Origin: Bacillota bacterium
Lineage (GTDB): Bacteria > Bacillota > Clostridia > Christensenellales > CAG-138
Assembly: GCA_023435025.1 (NCBI GenBank)
Contig: JAEYSE010000030.1
Span: 565 to 64,564, forward strand
Direction: 5' to 3'
Length of the DNA: 64,000 bases
Positions 27,906 to 37,019 of the stretch are shown here, piece after piece. Made by a program: the position numbers and the translations under genes. Below the pieces are notes generated by a model that ran no database searches, had not been told where the DNA came from, and was given only the letters and a program-made list of their open reading frames with translations. The stretch's first letter is position 1. Every line of letters starts with the position of its first letter.

Positions 27906-29180
27906 ATGAGTCAAAAGGATAATGAACTGGCAATGAACGCGGCGGGGATCGCCGAACTCGGATTTCCCATGTGGCCTCAGTTTAACCCCAAGACCGCAGA
28001 TGACGTAAGACAAGTAATCGAATCCGGTCTCGTAAACTATTGGACCGGGAAAAAGGGTATGCAGTTTGAGGAAATGTTCAGAGATTGGGCAGGCGCCAAG
28101 ATGGCCATTTCCTGCACGAATGGAACCGCAGCGCTGCATATCGGTCTTGCAAGCCTTGGGATTGGCCCCGGGGATGAGGTATTGGTTCCTTCCTACTCGT
28201 TTATTGCTTCCTCGTTTGCGATTGTACAGGCCGGCGCCGTTCCCGTGTTCTGCGATGTTACGGAGGACCATACCATTGATCCCGATGATATCGAGCGCAA
28301 GATCACACCGAGGACGAAGGGCATTGTTTGTGTACACCTTTACGGCGTTGTCTGTGACATGGCTCGTATCATGAGCATTGCGAAGAAGCATAACTTATAC
28401 GTGATCGAGGACGTGGCCCAGTGTATCGGCGGAAAATTTAACGGGCAGATGACCGGTACGATCGGGGACGTCGGCTGCTTCAGCTTTTGCCAGTCCAAGC
28501 ATTTCACAACAGGCGGAGAAGGCGGAATGGTGCTTACCAACAATGAGGACGTTGGCTGGGAGGCACGCTCCTTCAGGGACCACGGATATGACGTTAAAAA
28601 GCGTATGAACATGCTTGCCTTGGAAGAAAAACTCCCCTATATCCATAACCGAGTCGGCTTTAACTACCGTATGACAGAAATTCAGAGCCAAATCGGTATC
28701 AACGAAATGGAACGTTTTGATTCGTGGAATCTGGCAAGACGTTTAGAATTCGCAAAAATGTATGACCAGGCATTTGCGGGCCTGAAGGGTATCGCAAGGC
28801 TGCCCCTGAACACGGAGGAGCGTGTAAACAGTTATTGGTGGTATCCAATCACTCTGGATCTTGACCTGCTGACGATTGATGCACCCACTTTTGTCAAAAA
28901 GTTGGTGGAAATGAAAGTCCCCTGCTATGGCATACAGTGGCCCGAAGCATATGAAGAACAGGCATACAAACAGCTTATCGGTTTTGGAACCGCGAATTTC
29001 CCGTTCCATTCAAAAGAATATACCCGCGAAGGTCTTACCTATGAAAATGCGCTTTGCCCCGTAGCAAAATCCTTGCGGGCCCGCACGGTGAACCTGTTCT
29101 TACATCCGACATGGGAACGCGCGCATATTCAGAGAGTAATCGACGCTTTCAAAAAGATACTTGCCGATTATCAGAAATAG
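27906..29180 (+). CDS. DegT/DnrJ/EryC1/StrS-family PLP-dependent sugar aminotransferase
   Basis: 424 aa with the FSFCQSKHFTTGGEGG PLP-lysine region. RBS GGGAGG. Confidence 0.85.
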   Translation: MSQKDNELAMNAAGIAELGFPMWPQFNPKTADDVRQVIESGLVNYWTGKKGMQFEEMFRDWAGAKMAISCTNGTAALHIGLASLGIGPGDEVLVPSYSFIASSFAIVQAGAVPVFCDVTEDHTIDPDDIERKITPRTKGIVCVHLYGVVCDMARIMSIAKKHNLYVIEDVAQCIGGKFNGQMTGTIGDVGCFSFCQSKHFTTGGEGGMVLTNNEDVGWEARSFRDHGYDVKKRMNMLALEEKLPYIHNRVGFNYRMTEIQSQIGINEMERFDSWNLARRLEFAKMYDQAFAGLKGIARLPLNTEERVNSYWWYPITLDLDLLTIDAPTFVKKLVEMKVPCYGIQWPEAYEEQAYKQLIGFGTANFPFHSKEYTREGLTYENALCPVAKSLRARTVNLFLHPTWERAHIQRVIDAFKKILADYQK

Positions 29181-29192
29181 CGGGAGGTCCAA

Positions 29193-30236
29193 ATGAAAAG
29201 ACTTCGTTGGGGTGTGATCGGGGCCGGCGGCATCGCGGACCGCCGCACGATACCGGGTATGATGCTGGCAAACAACGCTGAGTTGGTTGCGGTAATGGAA
29301 GTGGATATTGAGCTGGCGGAAAAGTTGCGCGTAAAGTACGGAGCGAAACGTGCTTATGACAACGATTTGGCGCTGCTCGAAGATCCAGAAGTGGACGCGG
29401 TATATATCGCTACGCCCGTCGTACATCATGCCAGGCAGGCGCGGCTGGCTGCAGACCACGGGAAACACATTTTGATAGAAAAACCACTGGCGATGACCAG
29501 TGAAGAAGGCGCCGATGTGATCGAGTACTGCCAAAGCAAAGGTGTCAAGATCGCAGCGGGCTTGATGATGCGCTTTGGCGGATACGTCATGGAAATGAAA
29601 AAAGCTGTCGCGGAAGGCAGGATCGGGGATGTAGTCACCGGTTTCTCTCAGTTCACCTGCTGGTATCCGGATATGGAGAACGCATGGCGGCAGAAGAAGT
29701 CTGCTGCGGGTGGCGGAGCGCTGATGGATATGGGGGTTCATTGCATCGACCTTATCCAGTATATTACCGGAAGTCCTGTCGTTCAGGTGGCCGCATTCCA
29801 CGATACGCTGACGTTCCGCTATGAAGTGGAGGATTCCTCTTCCGTTCTGCTTCGCTTAAAGAATGGAGCCATGTGCACGGTACAATCGCATTTCAATATT
29901 CCAGACGATGCTGCAAAATGGCGTTTGGAGTTTTTCGGCACAAAGGGAAGGCTCATGGGGGATGCGGTCATTGGTCAGGTGGATGGCGGAAGCGTCGATG
30001 CGTTGTTTATGGATGCTGTAGGCGGCTATGACGCCGCGCAGGACAAAAAACAGGTTGATTCAAGCGTGTTGAATGCCGAACTCGGAAACATGTATCAGCG
30101 TGAGATCGAAAGCTTCGGCAGATCCATTTTAGAAAACACACCGTTGGAGATACCTGCCAGCGACGCCGTACAGGTTCAAAGGGTGATTGAAGCCGCGTAT
30201 CGCAGCAACGACGAAAAACGAATCATTGACTTATAA
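29193..30236 (+). CDS. Gfo/Idh/MocA-family NAD(P)-dependent oxidoreductase
   Basis: N-terminal Rossmann fold LRWGVIGAGGIA and the EKPLA motif. 347 aa. Confidence 0.85.
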   Translation: MKRLRWGVIGAGGIADRRTIPGMMLANNAELVAVMEVDIELAEKLRVKYGAKRAYDNDLALLEDPEVDAVYIATPVVHHARQARLAADHGKHILIEKPLAMTSEEGADVIEYCQSKGVKIAAGLMMRFGGYVMEMKKAVAEGRIGDVVTGFSQFTCWYPDMENAWRQKKSAAGGGALMDMGVHCIDLIQYITGSPVVQVAAFHDTLTFRYEVEDSSSVLLRLKNGAMCTVQSHFNIPDDAAKWRLEFFGTKGRLMGDAVIGQVDGGSVDALFMDAVGGYDAAQDKKQVDSSVLNAELGNMYQREIESFGRSILENTPLEIPASDAVQVQRVIEAAYRSNDEKRIIDL

Positions 30237-30252
30237 ATTCAGGAGTGCAGCT

Positions 30253-31098
30253 ATGAAAAAGAGTATCAACTTCTGGTCGTTCGCAGGGGGGACTACGGTC
30301 CCCCAGGCAATCAGGCTTGCAAAGGATGCGGGCTTTCATGGGATTGAACTGGCTATGGCGCAAACGGGTCTTACGGGACTTGACACCGAGAACGCCGGCG
30401 AGGAAGCTGCGAAGATCGCGCGGGAGGAAGGGATTGCATTACCTACGCTCGCCTGCGGGCTCTGCTGGGACTATTTGCTGACAAGCAAGTTAAAACAAAT
30501 CCGGCAGCAAGCAAAAGATATGATCAGGCGGCAACTAGATCTTGCGAACAAAATCGGCGCCGAAGCCATCCTTGTCATACCCGGCGCGGTTGGCGTGGAT
30601 TTTCTGCCGGGCGGGGGTAGCGACCTGATGCCGTACGACGAAGCTTACGACGCATCGCTTGAGGGATTGAAGGAACTTGCACCTTATGCGGAGCAGGCCG
30701 GAGTCAATATCGCCCTTGAAAACGTCTGGAATAAATTTTTACTGTCCCCGCTGGAGTTCAGAGATTTTATCGATAAGATCGGTTCTGAGTATGTCGGCTG
30801 CTATTTTGACGTCGGCAACGTGATCCTCACGGGCTACCCGGAGCAGTGGATCAATATCTTGGGCAAGCGGATCAAAGCGGTTCATCTCAAGGATTACAGA
30901 CGTGAGCCGGGCGGGTTTAATTGCTTCTGTGATCTGCTTTCGGGGGACGTCAACTGGCCTGCCGTCATGGATGCGTTTGAAGCAATCGGGTATGACGGTT
31001 GGTATGCGCCAGAGATGATTCCAAACTATAAACACTATTCCGACCAGACCATTTACAACGCGTCTGCCGCGTGTAACAGGATCTTGAACAGAAAGTAG
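30253..31098 (+). CDS. sugar phosphate isomerase/epimerase (xylose-isomerase-like TIM barrel)
   Basis: INFWSF..GFHGIEL..LENVWN..VHLKDY pattern. ATG 30253 follows AGGAG; the ORF track starts at 30187. Confidence 0.8.
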   Translation: MKKSINFWSFAGGTTVPQAIRLAKDAGFHGIELAMAQTGLTGLDTENAGEEAAKIAREEGIALPTLACGLCWDYLLTSKLKQIRQQAKDMIRRQLDLANKIGAEAILVIPGAVGVDFLPGGGSDLMPYDEAYDASLEGLKELAPYAEQAGVNIALENVWNKFLLSPLEFRDFIDKIGSEYVGCYFDVGNVILTGYPEQWINILGKRIKAVHLKDYRREPGGFNCFCDLLSGDVNWPAVMDAFEAIGYDGWYAPEMIPNYKHYSDQTIYNASAACNRILNRK

Positions 31099-31106
31099 AG
31101 GATAAC

Positions 31107-32108
31107 ATGGCGAACATTGGAATCATTGGCGCGGGATTTATGGGTACCGCCCACTCCGCCGCATTAAAGAACTCAAAAAAACATAAGTTGATCGGAATCG
31201 CAGATATCGATATCGAAAAAGGCAGCAAGCTTGCCAAAGAAAGAGGCTGCCTGTTTTTCTCCACGGCCGAGGAAATGCTGCAGAGGACCGACATCGATAT
31301 CGTTCACGTCTGTTTGCCGACGAATCGTCATTGCGAATACATCACGAAAGCTGCCAATGCGAAAAAGAGCGTTTTGTGCGAAAAACCGTTTGCGTTGCAT
31401 GCGGATGAGATCGACCAGGCAATCGAAGCCGTGGAAAGCAATGGCGTAAAGCTGATGATTGCACAGGTCGTACGGTTTTGGCCCGAGAATACAGTTATCA
31501 AAGAGTATGTCAATAGCGGCAGGCTGGGTGAAGTTAAAATGGTCAGCGCACACCGTTTGGGGCAGATACCCGCATGGGCGCAATGGTACCGCGACCCTGA
31601 AATCAGCGGCGGGGGCCTATTCGACCTGCATACGCATGATATCGACAATATGATCGACTTGTTTGGCAAATGCACAGAGGTATACTCCATTGGCCAAAAG
31701 TTTGAAGGCTGCTGGAACTATATGTCTACCTCCCTGACTTTTGAAAGCGGAATGAAATCGATCGTCGAGTCCTCATTGAACATGCCGGGCGATTATCCGT
31801 TCTCGACAGGTTTTAGGGTTATCGGCAGCAAGGCCTGCATCGAGCAGTGTATGAAAGCGGGCGCAAACCTTGACGATATGTCAAACAGCACGCGCTACTT
31901 GAAATTGTTTGAAGATGGCAAACCCTGCGTTGAAATTCCATATCCGGATATCGATGCATACGCCAGTGAAATCGAGCATTTTGCAGATTGCTTTGATTCG
32001 GGCAGCGAGCCGCGGATATCGCCGTACGAGTCACGAAATGTAATGAAGGTGATGCGCGCAATCGAGAAATCACTGGATACAGGCGCCGTCGTCAAAACTG
32101 GTTGGTAA
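31107..32108 (+). CDS. Gfo/Idh/MocA-family oxidoreductase (second copy)
   Basis: NIGIIGAGFMG Rossmann N-terminus and the CEKPFA motif. 333 aa. Confidence 0.85.
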   Translation: MANIGIIGAGFMGTAHSAALKNSKKHKLIGIADIDIEKGSKLAKERGCLFFSTAEEMLQRTDIDIVHVCLPTNRHCEYITKAANAKKSVLCEKPFALHADEIDQAIEAVESNGVKLMIAQVVRFWPENTVIKEYVNSGRLGEVKMVSAHRLGQIPAWAQWYRDPEISGGGLFDLHTHDIDNMIDLFGKCTEVYSIGQKFEGCWNYMSTSLTFESGMKSIVESSLNMPGDYPFSTGFRVIGSKACIEQCMKAGANLDDMSNSTRYLKLFEDGKPCVEIPYPDIDAYASEIEHFADCFDSGSEPRISPYESRNVMKVMRAIEKSLDTGAVVKTGW

Positions 32109-32123
32109 AGAAGAAAGCCGAGC

Positions 32124-32738
32124 ATGACCAAAGTATATGCATTAACCCGGGCCGCTATTGTTGCGCAAAAAGTAGATTGGAACAAGGTGGAGGCAGTGGC
32201 CATTGATGAGTATCAATGGCTGGGCGAAGCCCCAATCCGCGCATCGGCCCGGGTCTGTTATGATGAAAGCGGCCTGTACGCAAGGCTGGAAGCAGAAGAA
32301 CAGAACATACTTGCGCGTTTCAAAGGGACGTATGATATGGTCTGCCTGGATAGCTGTCTGGAGCTGTTTTTGCGTCCGGTCGAGGACGATATTCGCTACT
32401 TCAACTTTGAATTCAACCCGAACGGCGCAATGTATTTAGGCTTTGGTCACGATCGCTTTGACAGCGTGCGTCAGATCGTTCAGAACCCCAAACAGCTGTT
32501 TCGGGTCGCACCCTTCGAACATAATGGCGGATGGGGAATTGAGTTCTTTATACCTGTAAGCTTTCTTCAACTGTATTTTCCGGGTTATCTATTCAAAAGC
32601 GGAAACATAATCTTAGGAAACTTTTACAAATGCGGCGATGAAACGAACCGGCCGCATTATATCTCATGGAATAAAGTCCAAAGCGAGACCCCTGATTTTC
32701 ATTTGCCTGAACAATTCGGCAAATGGATCTTAAAGTAG
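32124..32738 (+). CDS. carbohydrate-binding family 9-like (CBM9_2/DOMON-like) domain protein, no signal peptide
   Basis: 204 aa. The overall pattern and the C-terminal ..ISWNKVQSETPDFHLPEQFG resemble CBM9-like domain proteins as I remember them. Recognition is from memory only. Confidence 0.45.
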   Translation: MTKVYALTRAAIVAQKVDWNKVEAVAIDEYQWLGEAPIRASARVCYDESGLYARLEAEEQNILARFKGTYDMVCLDSCLELFLRPVEDDIRYFNFEFNPNGAMYLGFGHDRFDSVRQIVQNPKQLFRVAPFEHNGGWGIEFFIPVSFLQLYFPGYLFKSGNIILGNFYKCGDETNRPHYISWNKVQSETPDFHLPEQFGKWILK

Positions 32739-32747
32739 GAGGCATAC

Positions 32748-33908
32748 ATGACAACCACGCTTTTCAACGGACGTTTGATTACCCCGGAGTCTATCTATCA
32801 TGGCGGGGTCGTGATAGAGGACGCGAAAATATTGCGTTTGTTTGCCGGTGACGATTTTGAGCCTAAGGGCGAGCTCATCGATTGCAAGGGGAATTACATT
32901 GCGCCGGGTTTTGTGGATATCCACACGCACTCCACTATCGAGGGTGATGTGATGGACGCGACTGTCGAGTCTCTGCACAGAATGACGGCGCAGCATAACC
33001 GCCACGGTACAACGTCGCTGTTGGCGACCACTTTATCCAGTACGCATGAGAATATCGCAAAAGCGCTTGATAATATCAATGTAGTCATGAATATGCCTCC
33101 GTCAGGCGCCAGGGTTCTTGGCGCGCATCTGGAAGGAAACTACTTTGCACCCGAAATGGCGGGCGCACAGAATCCTCTGTTTTTATACCCGCCCGCAAAC
33201 GACGATTATATGGATTTCGTAAACAAGGGCTGTATCAGGCGGATAGCCGCGGCTCCGGAGCTTCCCGGCGCACTGGAAATGGCGCGCAAACTGAGGCCGA
33301 TGGGTATTCAGTTTTCGATTGGCCATTCCAACGGAAAACCTGCTGATGTCGAAAAAGCCATCGCGGCAGGCTATACGACGCTAACGCATATTTTCAATGC
33401 GCAATCCGCATTGACGAGCGTCTTCTACTATCCGGATGGTGGCGTATGCGAAGCTTCGCTGATCCATGATAACATCATCGTGGAATGCATTTGTGACGGA
33501 AATCATCTATCCCCTACCCTACTCAACCTCATCTATAAGATCAAAGGCGCCGAAGGAATGGTTGGCATCACCGATTCAGTATACGCCGGGGCGAAAGACG
33601 GCGATTACATGTTCGGTGGCCTGGAAGTCGAAGTCAGGGATAATATATGCATCCTTAAGGACGGTTCAGCCTTCGCGGGGAGCGTTGCGACAATGGATCT
33701 ATGCGCGCGCACGCTTTATAAAAAAGCTTCGATTCCTTTGCAGGACGTAGTGAAAATATGCTCCGGCACGCCCGCAAAAGTAATTGGCGAGGACCACCGC
33801 ATAGGCTCCATTAAGCCCGGATATGACGCCGATATCATTGTGCTGGATGACGATATCCATATTCTTTATACGATGGTATTGGGAAAAGCAACAAATAACA
33901 GACTCTAG
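32748..33908 (+). CDS. nagA: N-acetylglucosamine-6-phosphate deacetylase family amidohydrolase
   Basis: 386 aa. GFVDIHTHS metal motif, ..GAHLEGNYF.., ..IGHSN.., ..TH.FNA.. in NagA-like order. Confidence 0.75.
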   Translation: MTTTLFNGRLITPESIYHGGVVIEDAKILRLFAGDDFEPKGELIDCKGNYIAPGFVDIHTHSTIEGDVMDATVESLHRMTAQHNRHGTTSLLATTLSSTHENIAKALDNINVVMNMPPSGARVLGAHLEGNYFAPEMAGAQNPLFLYPPANDDYMDFVNKGCIRRIAAAPELPGALEMARKLRPMGIQFSIGHSNGKPADVEKAIAAGYTTLTHIFNAQSALTSVFYYPDGGVCEASLIHDNIIVECICDGNHLSPTLLNLIYKIKGAEGMVGITDSVYAGAKDGDYMFGGLEVEVRDNICILKDGSAFAGSVATMDLCARTLYKKASIPLQDVVKICSGTPAKVIGEDHRIGSIKPGYDADIIVLDDDIHILYTMVLGKATNNRL

Positions 33909-34073
33909 GTTTTAGCAAACAGAGAGAGGCCACTGTCAACGAAACTCCCGAGATGCCACACTTTACTTTTAAGCGCTTGTAATTGCGGTAAACGCGACAG
34001 AGCAAATAGACGAAATGGCATGGGCGCGTGCTGAACGAAACGTGCGCCCATGCAGTATTCTTGGAGGTCATAA

Positions 34074-35105
34074 ATGAGAAAGCAAGGTATCGCAGTAGCC
34101 GGCAATATGATCGTCGATGTGCTGTATCCGATTGTAGGTTTTCCGAAGCCAGGTGAGTTAACGACCATAGCGGAAGGAATTTCGCGTTCTTCGGGCGGCG
34201 CGCTGTGTAACGTGATTATAGATTTGGCAAGGCTTGACGCCACTTTACCGCTGACGGCGCTAGGCCGCCTCGGTACCGACAGTGAAGGCGATTTCGTGCT
34301 TGACAAGCTGCGTGCGCACGCAAATATTGATACATCTAACGTCCGGCGGGAGGGGTTAACCTCCTTTACGGTAGTGACGGCGGACGAGATCACCAAGGAG
34401 CGCACGTTCTTCCATTACCGTGGGGCGAACGCACATTTTTGTGAGGAAGATATTGACTGGGATCATATGAAGGCGGATATTTTGCATATCGGCTACATAC
34501 TGCTTCTGGATGCGCTGGATGAGGACGACGCGGTATACGGCACGAAAATGGCGAAGCTTTTACACGCGGCTCAGCAGCACGGACTTAAGACCTCCATCGA
34601 TGTGGTCAGTGAAGCGAGCGATCGGTTTAAGCGGATTGTCCCGCCGGCTCTGAAATATACGGACTACTGCATCATCAATGAGGTAGAAGCTGAAGCATCC
34701 ACGGGCGTGTCGTTGCGCAATAAAGCAGGGGCTCTGCTGATCGATAACATACCTCTGGCCTTGCAGCATCTGAAGAACCTTGGCGTATCGACCTGGGCGG
34801 TAATCCATTGCCCCGAAGGTGGGTACGGCCTTGATGAAAACGGCACCTTTTCTGCAGCCGATAGCCTTCGGCTCCCCGATGGTTACATCAAGGGTACGGT
34901 GGGCGCGGGCGATGCATTCTGCGCGGGCGTACTGTATGGGGCGTTCCGGGAGTGGACACTCGAGCAAGCTATTAAACTGGGTACGGCCACGGCAGCCTGT
35001 TCCCTTTCTCATAGCGGAGCGTCGGAGGGTATTCTCCCCGTGCAACAGGCTCTAGAGCTATATGATCTATTGGACTCTACATCTCGGGAACATAAGACCG
35101 TATAG
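34074..35105 (+). CDS. PfkB/ribokinase-family carbohydrate kinase
   Basis: 343 aa with the C-terminal GTVGAGDAFCAG anion-hole/ATP motif. Confidence 0.85.
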   Translation: MRKQGIAVAGNMIVDVLYPIVGFPKPGELTTIAEGISRSSGGALCNVIIDLARLDATLPLTALGRLGTDSEGDFVLDKLRAHANIDTSNVRREGLTSFTVVTADEITKERTFFHYRGANAHFCEEDIDWDHMKADILHIGYILLLDALDEDDAVYGTKMAKLLHAAQQHGLKTSIDVVSEASDRFKRIVPPALKYTDYCIINEVEAEASTGVSLRNKAGALLIDNIPLALQHLKNLGVSTWAVIHCPEGGYGLDENGTFSAADSLRLPDGYIKGTVGAGDAFCAGVLYGAFREWTLEQAIKLGTATAACSLSHSGASEGILPVQQALELYDLLDSTSREHKTV

Positions 35106-35242
35106 GCTTCCAATTAATATCGCTCAATAAAGTATGGCACCACCACAATTGAAGATGGTAAGCATAATCGTCCCGTAACAAATCCCACATAAGCCATGCC
35201 AATTCTCTGGAAGTGAAACAACCTACCATTTATAAAACAGAG

Positions 35243-35267
35243 GTCCCGCCAGTTTTAGTGGCGGGAC
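35243..35267. terminator. hairpin between convergent genes
   Basis: GTCCCGCC agttttagt GGCGGGAC, flanked by A-rich and T-rich sequence. Confidence 0.5.
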
Positions 35268-35365
35268 TTCTATAATGAGCATGGTATGATTGCCAGACCA
35301 AGCCGCCTAATCAAGGCGCCTTGCCATTCTAGAGTGGTTGCTGCGCGAAGGAACGAGAGACGTAT

Positions 35366-35644
35366 TTAGTCAATCGACAGCGAGCGTGCAAAAGCTGCAT
35401 TATTATCAAACCAAGCGCGTGCAACAGGGCAAGTAACACTTGCTGTCAGATTACGGGACTGAATATGAGCAACTGCAACACGCATAAGGGTTCCGAGGAA
35501 GTTATTCCCTTGAAGCGATGGACTAATGAACGTATGGCTGAAATTTACCTGGTTTTCTGACGATGCAGGAAAGCATACCTCAGCGAGTAGGTTTCCGGAT
35601 GCGTCCTCAACAAAGACGCGGTTTGGTTGTATCTGAATCTCCAC
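35366..35644 (-). CDS. small GNAT-like (YjdJ-type) acetyltransferase-fold protein
   Basis: 92 aa. GTG start lies 5 nt after GAGGTG. Size and the C-terminal C-P-x-A-x-x-W-F pattern resemble the short GNAT-like family. Recognition from memory only. Confidence 0.45.
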   Translation of the reverse strand: MEIQIQPNRVFVEDASGNLLAEVCFPASSENQVNFSHTFISPSLQGNNFLGTLMRVAVAHIQSRNLTASVTCPVARAWFDNNAAFARSLSID

Positions 35645-35854
35645 ATTGTCACCTCATTGGAAGTATACCACAACTCGTCACATATCGGAAGGAAAAGTAA
35701 CGATCCCATTACAGCAAATGTTTGCCTGCCTTTCCAAAACACATGAATAACGTCACTTTGCCACAAATAATGGAAGCGCGACTGGGGAGCGGAATCATTC
35801 TGGTGTGGTGAAGGCAGTATCTTGGACAAACCGCTTTTGCATATAATAGGGTGA

Positions 35855-35985
35855 TGAAACTCTTTGCACCGCATCCCGCCCATTATCATGATCGGGCGTG
35901 GACCAACAGTACAAACTGAGCAGGCGAATGAATCCGTATGGGTCATAGAGCCGGGCCGCAATGCGGCAGCAGGTTAGGGTTATCA
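35855..35985 (+). promoter_or_regulatory. structured 5' leader of the CDF transporter gene (candidate metal riboswitch aptamer; class unassigned, NiCo/czcD-type suspected from context)
   Basis: A perfect TATAAT at 35842..35847 is followed by about 130 nt with several hairpins: CGCCC..GGGCG, GGC-GA-ATGA-ATCC gtat GGGT-TCAT-AGA-GCC, and GCCGC aat GCGGC. The segment GCAGGT can pair with the 5' arm of the downstream terminator, which gives anti-terminator logic. Confidence 0.4.
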
Positions 35986-36030
35986 CACACCTGCGGGACA
36001 GTAGTATGTTCCCGCAGGTGTGTTTTTTAT
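35986..36030 (+). terminator. strong Rho-independent terminator inside the leader, about 55 nt upstream of the CDF start
   Basis: 13-bp stem CACACCTGCGGGA / TCCCGCAGGTGTG followed by TTTTTTATT. Confidence 0.8.
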
Positions 36031-36085
36031 TACGCCAAATGGCTGTATGGCGGCAAGTCATCATAAGACAATGGGGGTAGCGGCT

Positions 36086-36985
36086 ATGGAAAAAAACAGA
36101 GAACAAGTTTCCGTAAGGGTATCTATGCATTGTATAATCGGCAATGTGATTCTCTCGGCTTTCAAGCTGTTCGCAGGCATTTTTGCACATTCGGCGGCAA
36201 TGCTGTCAGATGCGGCGGAGTCTTTTTCAGACATATTCAGTACGCTTATCGTAATAGTCGGCGTAAAGATGGCCAACAAAGAAGCGGACAAAGAGCACCC
36301 TTATGGTCATGATCGATTTGAATCCGTTGCAGCCATTATATTATCGGTCATTGTCTTCGCCACGGGCATCGGTATTGGCTGGGCTGGAATCATAAAAATT
36401 CTATCCGCTAAAAACGAAACGCTTTTTGCTCCCGGCGTTTTGGCGCTTGTGGCGGCAGTTTTAACAATCGCCGTAAAAGAAGGTATGTATTGGTATACAC
36501 GGGCGGCGGCTAAAAAAATCGATTCAAGCATATTGCTGGCCGGAGCATGGCACCACCGGTCGGATGCGCTGTCCTCCATAGGAACCTTTGCCGGCATCCT
36601 CGGCGCGCGGCTAGGTGTTCCAGTCCTTGATCCTGTGGCATCTGTGATCACCTGCCTGTTTATTCTAAAGGCAGCAATCAACATATTCCGAAATGCTGTC
36701 GGAAAGATGACCGACAGAGCTTGTGATGATTCGCTTATCGAAGAAATCCACGCCGTCATCCGTGCGCAAGCTTCTGTGGTGGCTGTTGACCAGATCAAAA
36801 CAAGGCTTTTCGGCGATAAAATTTACGTGGATGTTGAAATTAGCATGAATAACAACGCTACTTTAATTGAAGCACATGGGACCGCGCATCGGGTGCATGA
36901 CGTGATTGAGACGCAGTTCCCAAAGGTCAAGCATTGCATGGTGCATGTAAACCCCTCTGCGCCTCAAATCAACTGCCCAATGTGA
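36086..36985 (+). CDS. cation diffusion facilitator (CDF) family divalent-metal efflux transporter
   Basis: Six-TM N-domain with HSAAMLSDAAESFSD and HHRSDALSS metal-site motifs, plus a cytoplasmic C-domain. ATG 36086; the ORF track starts at 36020. Confidence 0.85.
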   Translation: MEKNREQVSVRVSMHCIIGNVILSAFKLFAGIFAHSAAMLSDAAESFSDIFSTLIVIVGVKMANKEADKEHPYGHDRFESVAAIILSVIVFATGIGIGWAGIIKILSAKNETLFAPGVLALVAAVLTIAVKEGMYWYTRAAAKKIDSSILLAGAWHHRSDALSSIGTFAGILGARLGVPVLDPVASVITCLFILKAAINIFRNAVGKMTDRACDDSLIEEIHAVIRAQASVVAVDQIKTRLFGDKIYVDVEISMNNNATLIEAHGTAHRVHDVIETQFPKVKHCMVHVNPSAPQINCPM

Positions 36986-37019
36986 CCGGTGATCGATGCC
37001 GGCATTTCAACCCATCACA

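Noticed and set aside
35545-36190. Minus-strand ORFs 35545..35961 (138 aa) and 35795..36190 (131 aa)
   Set aside because: They overlap each other, the CDF leader and terminator, and the CDF start. Neither has an RBS or a family resemblance. The region is better explained as a plus-strand regulatory leader.
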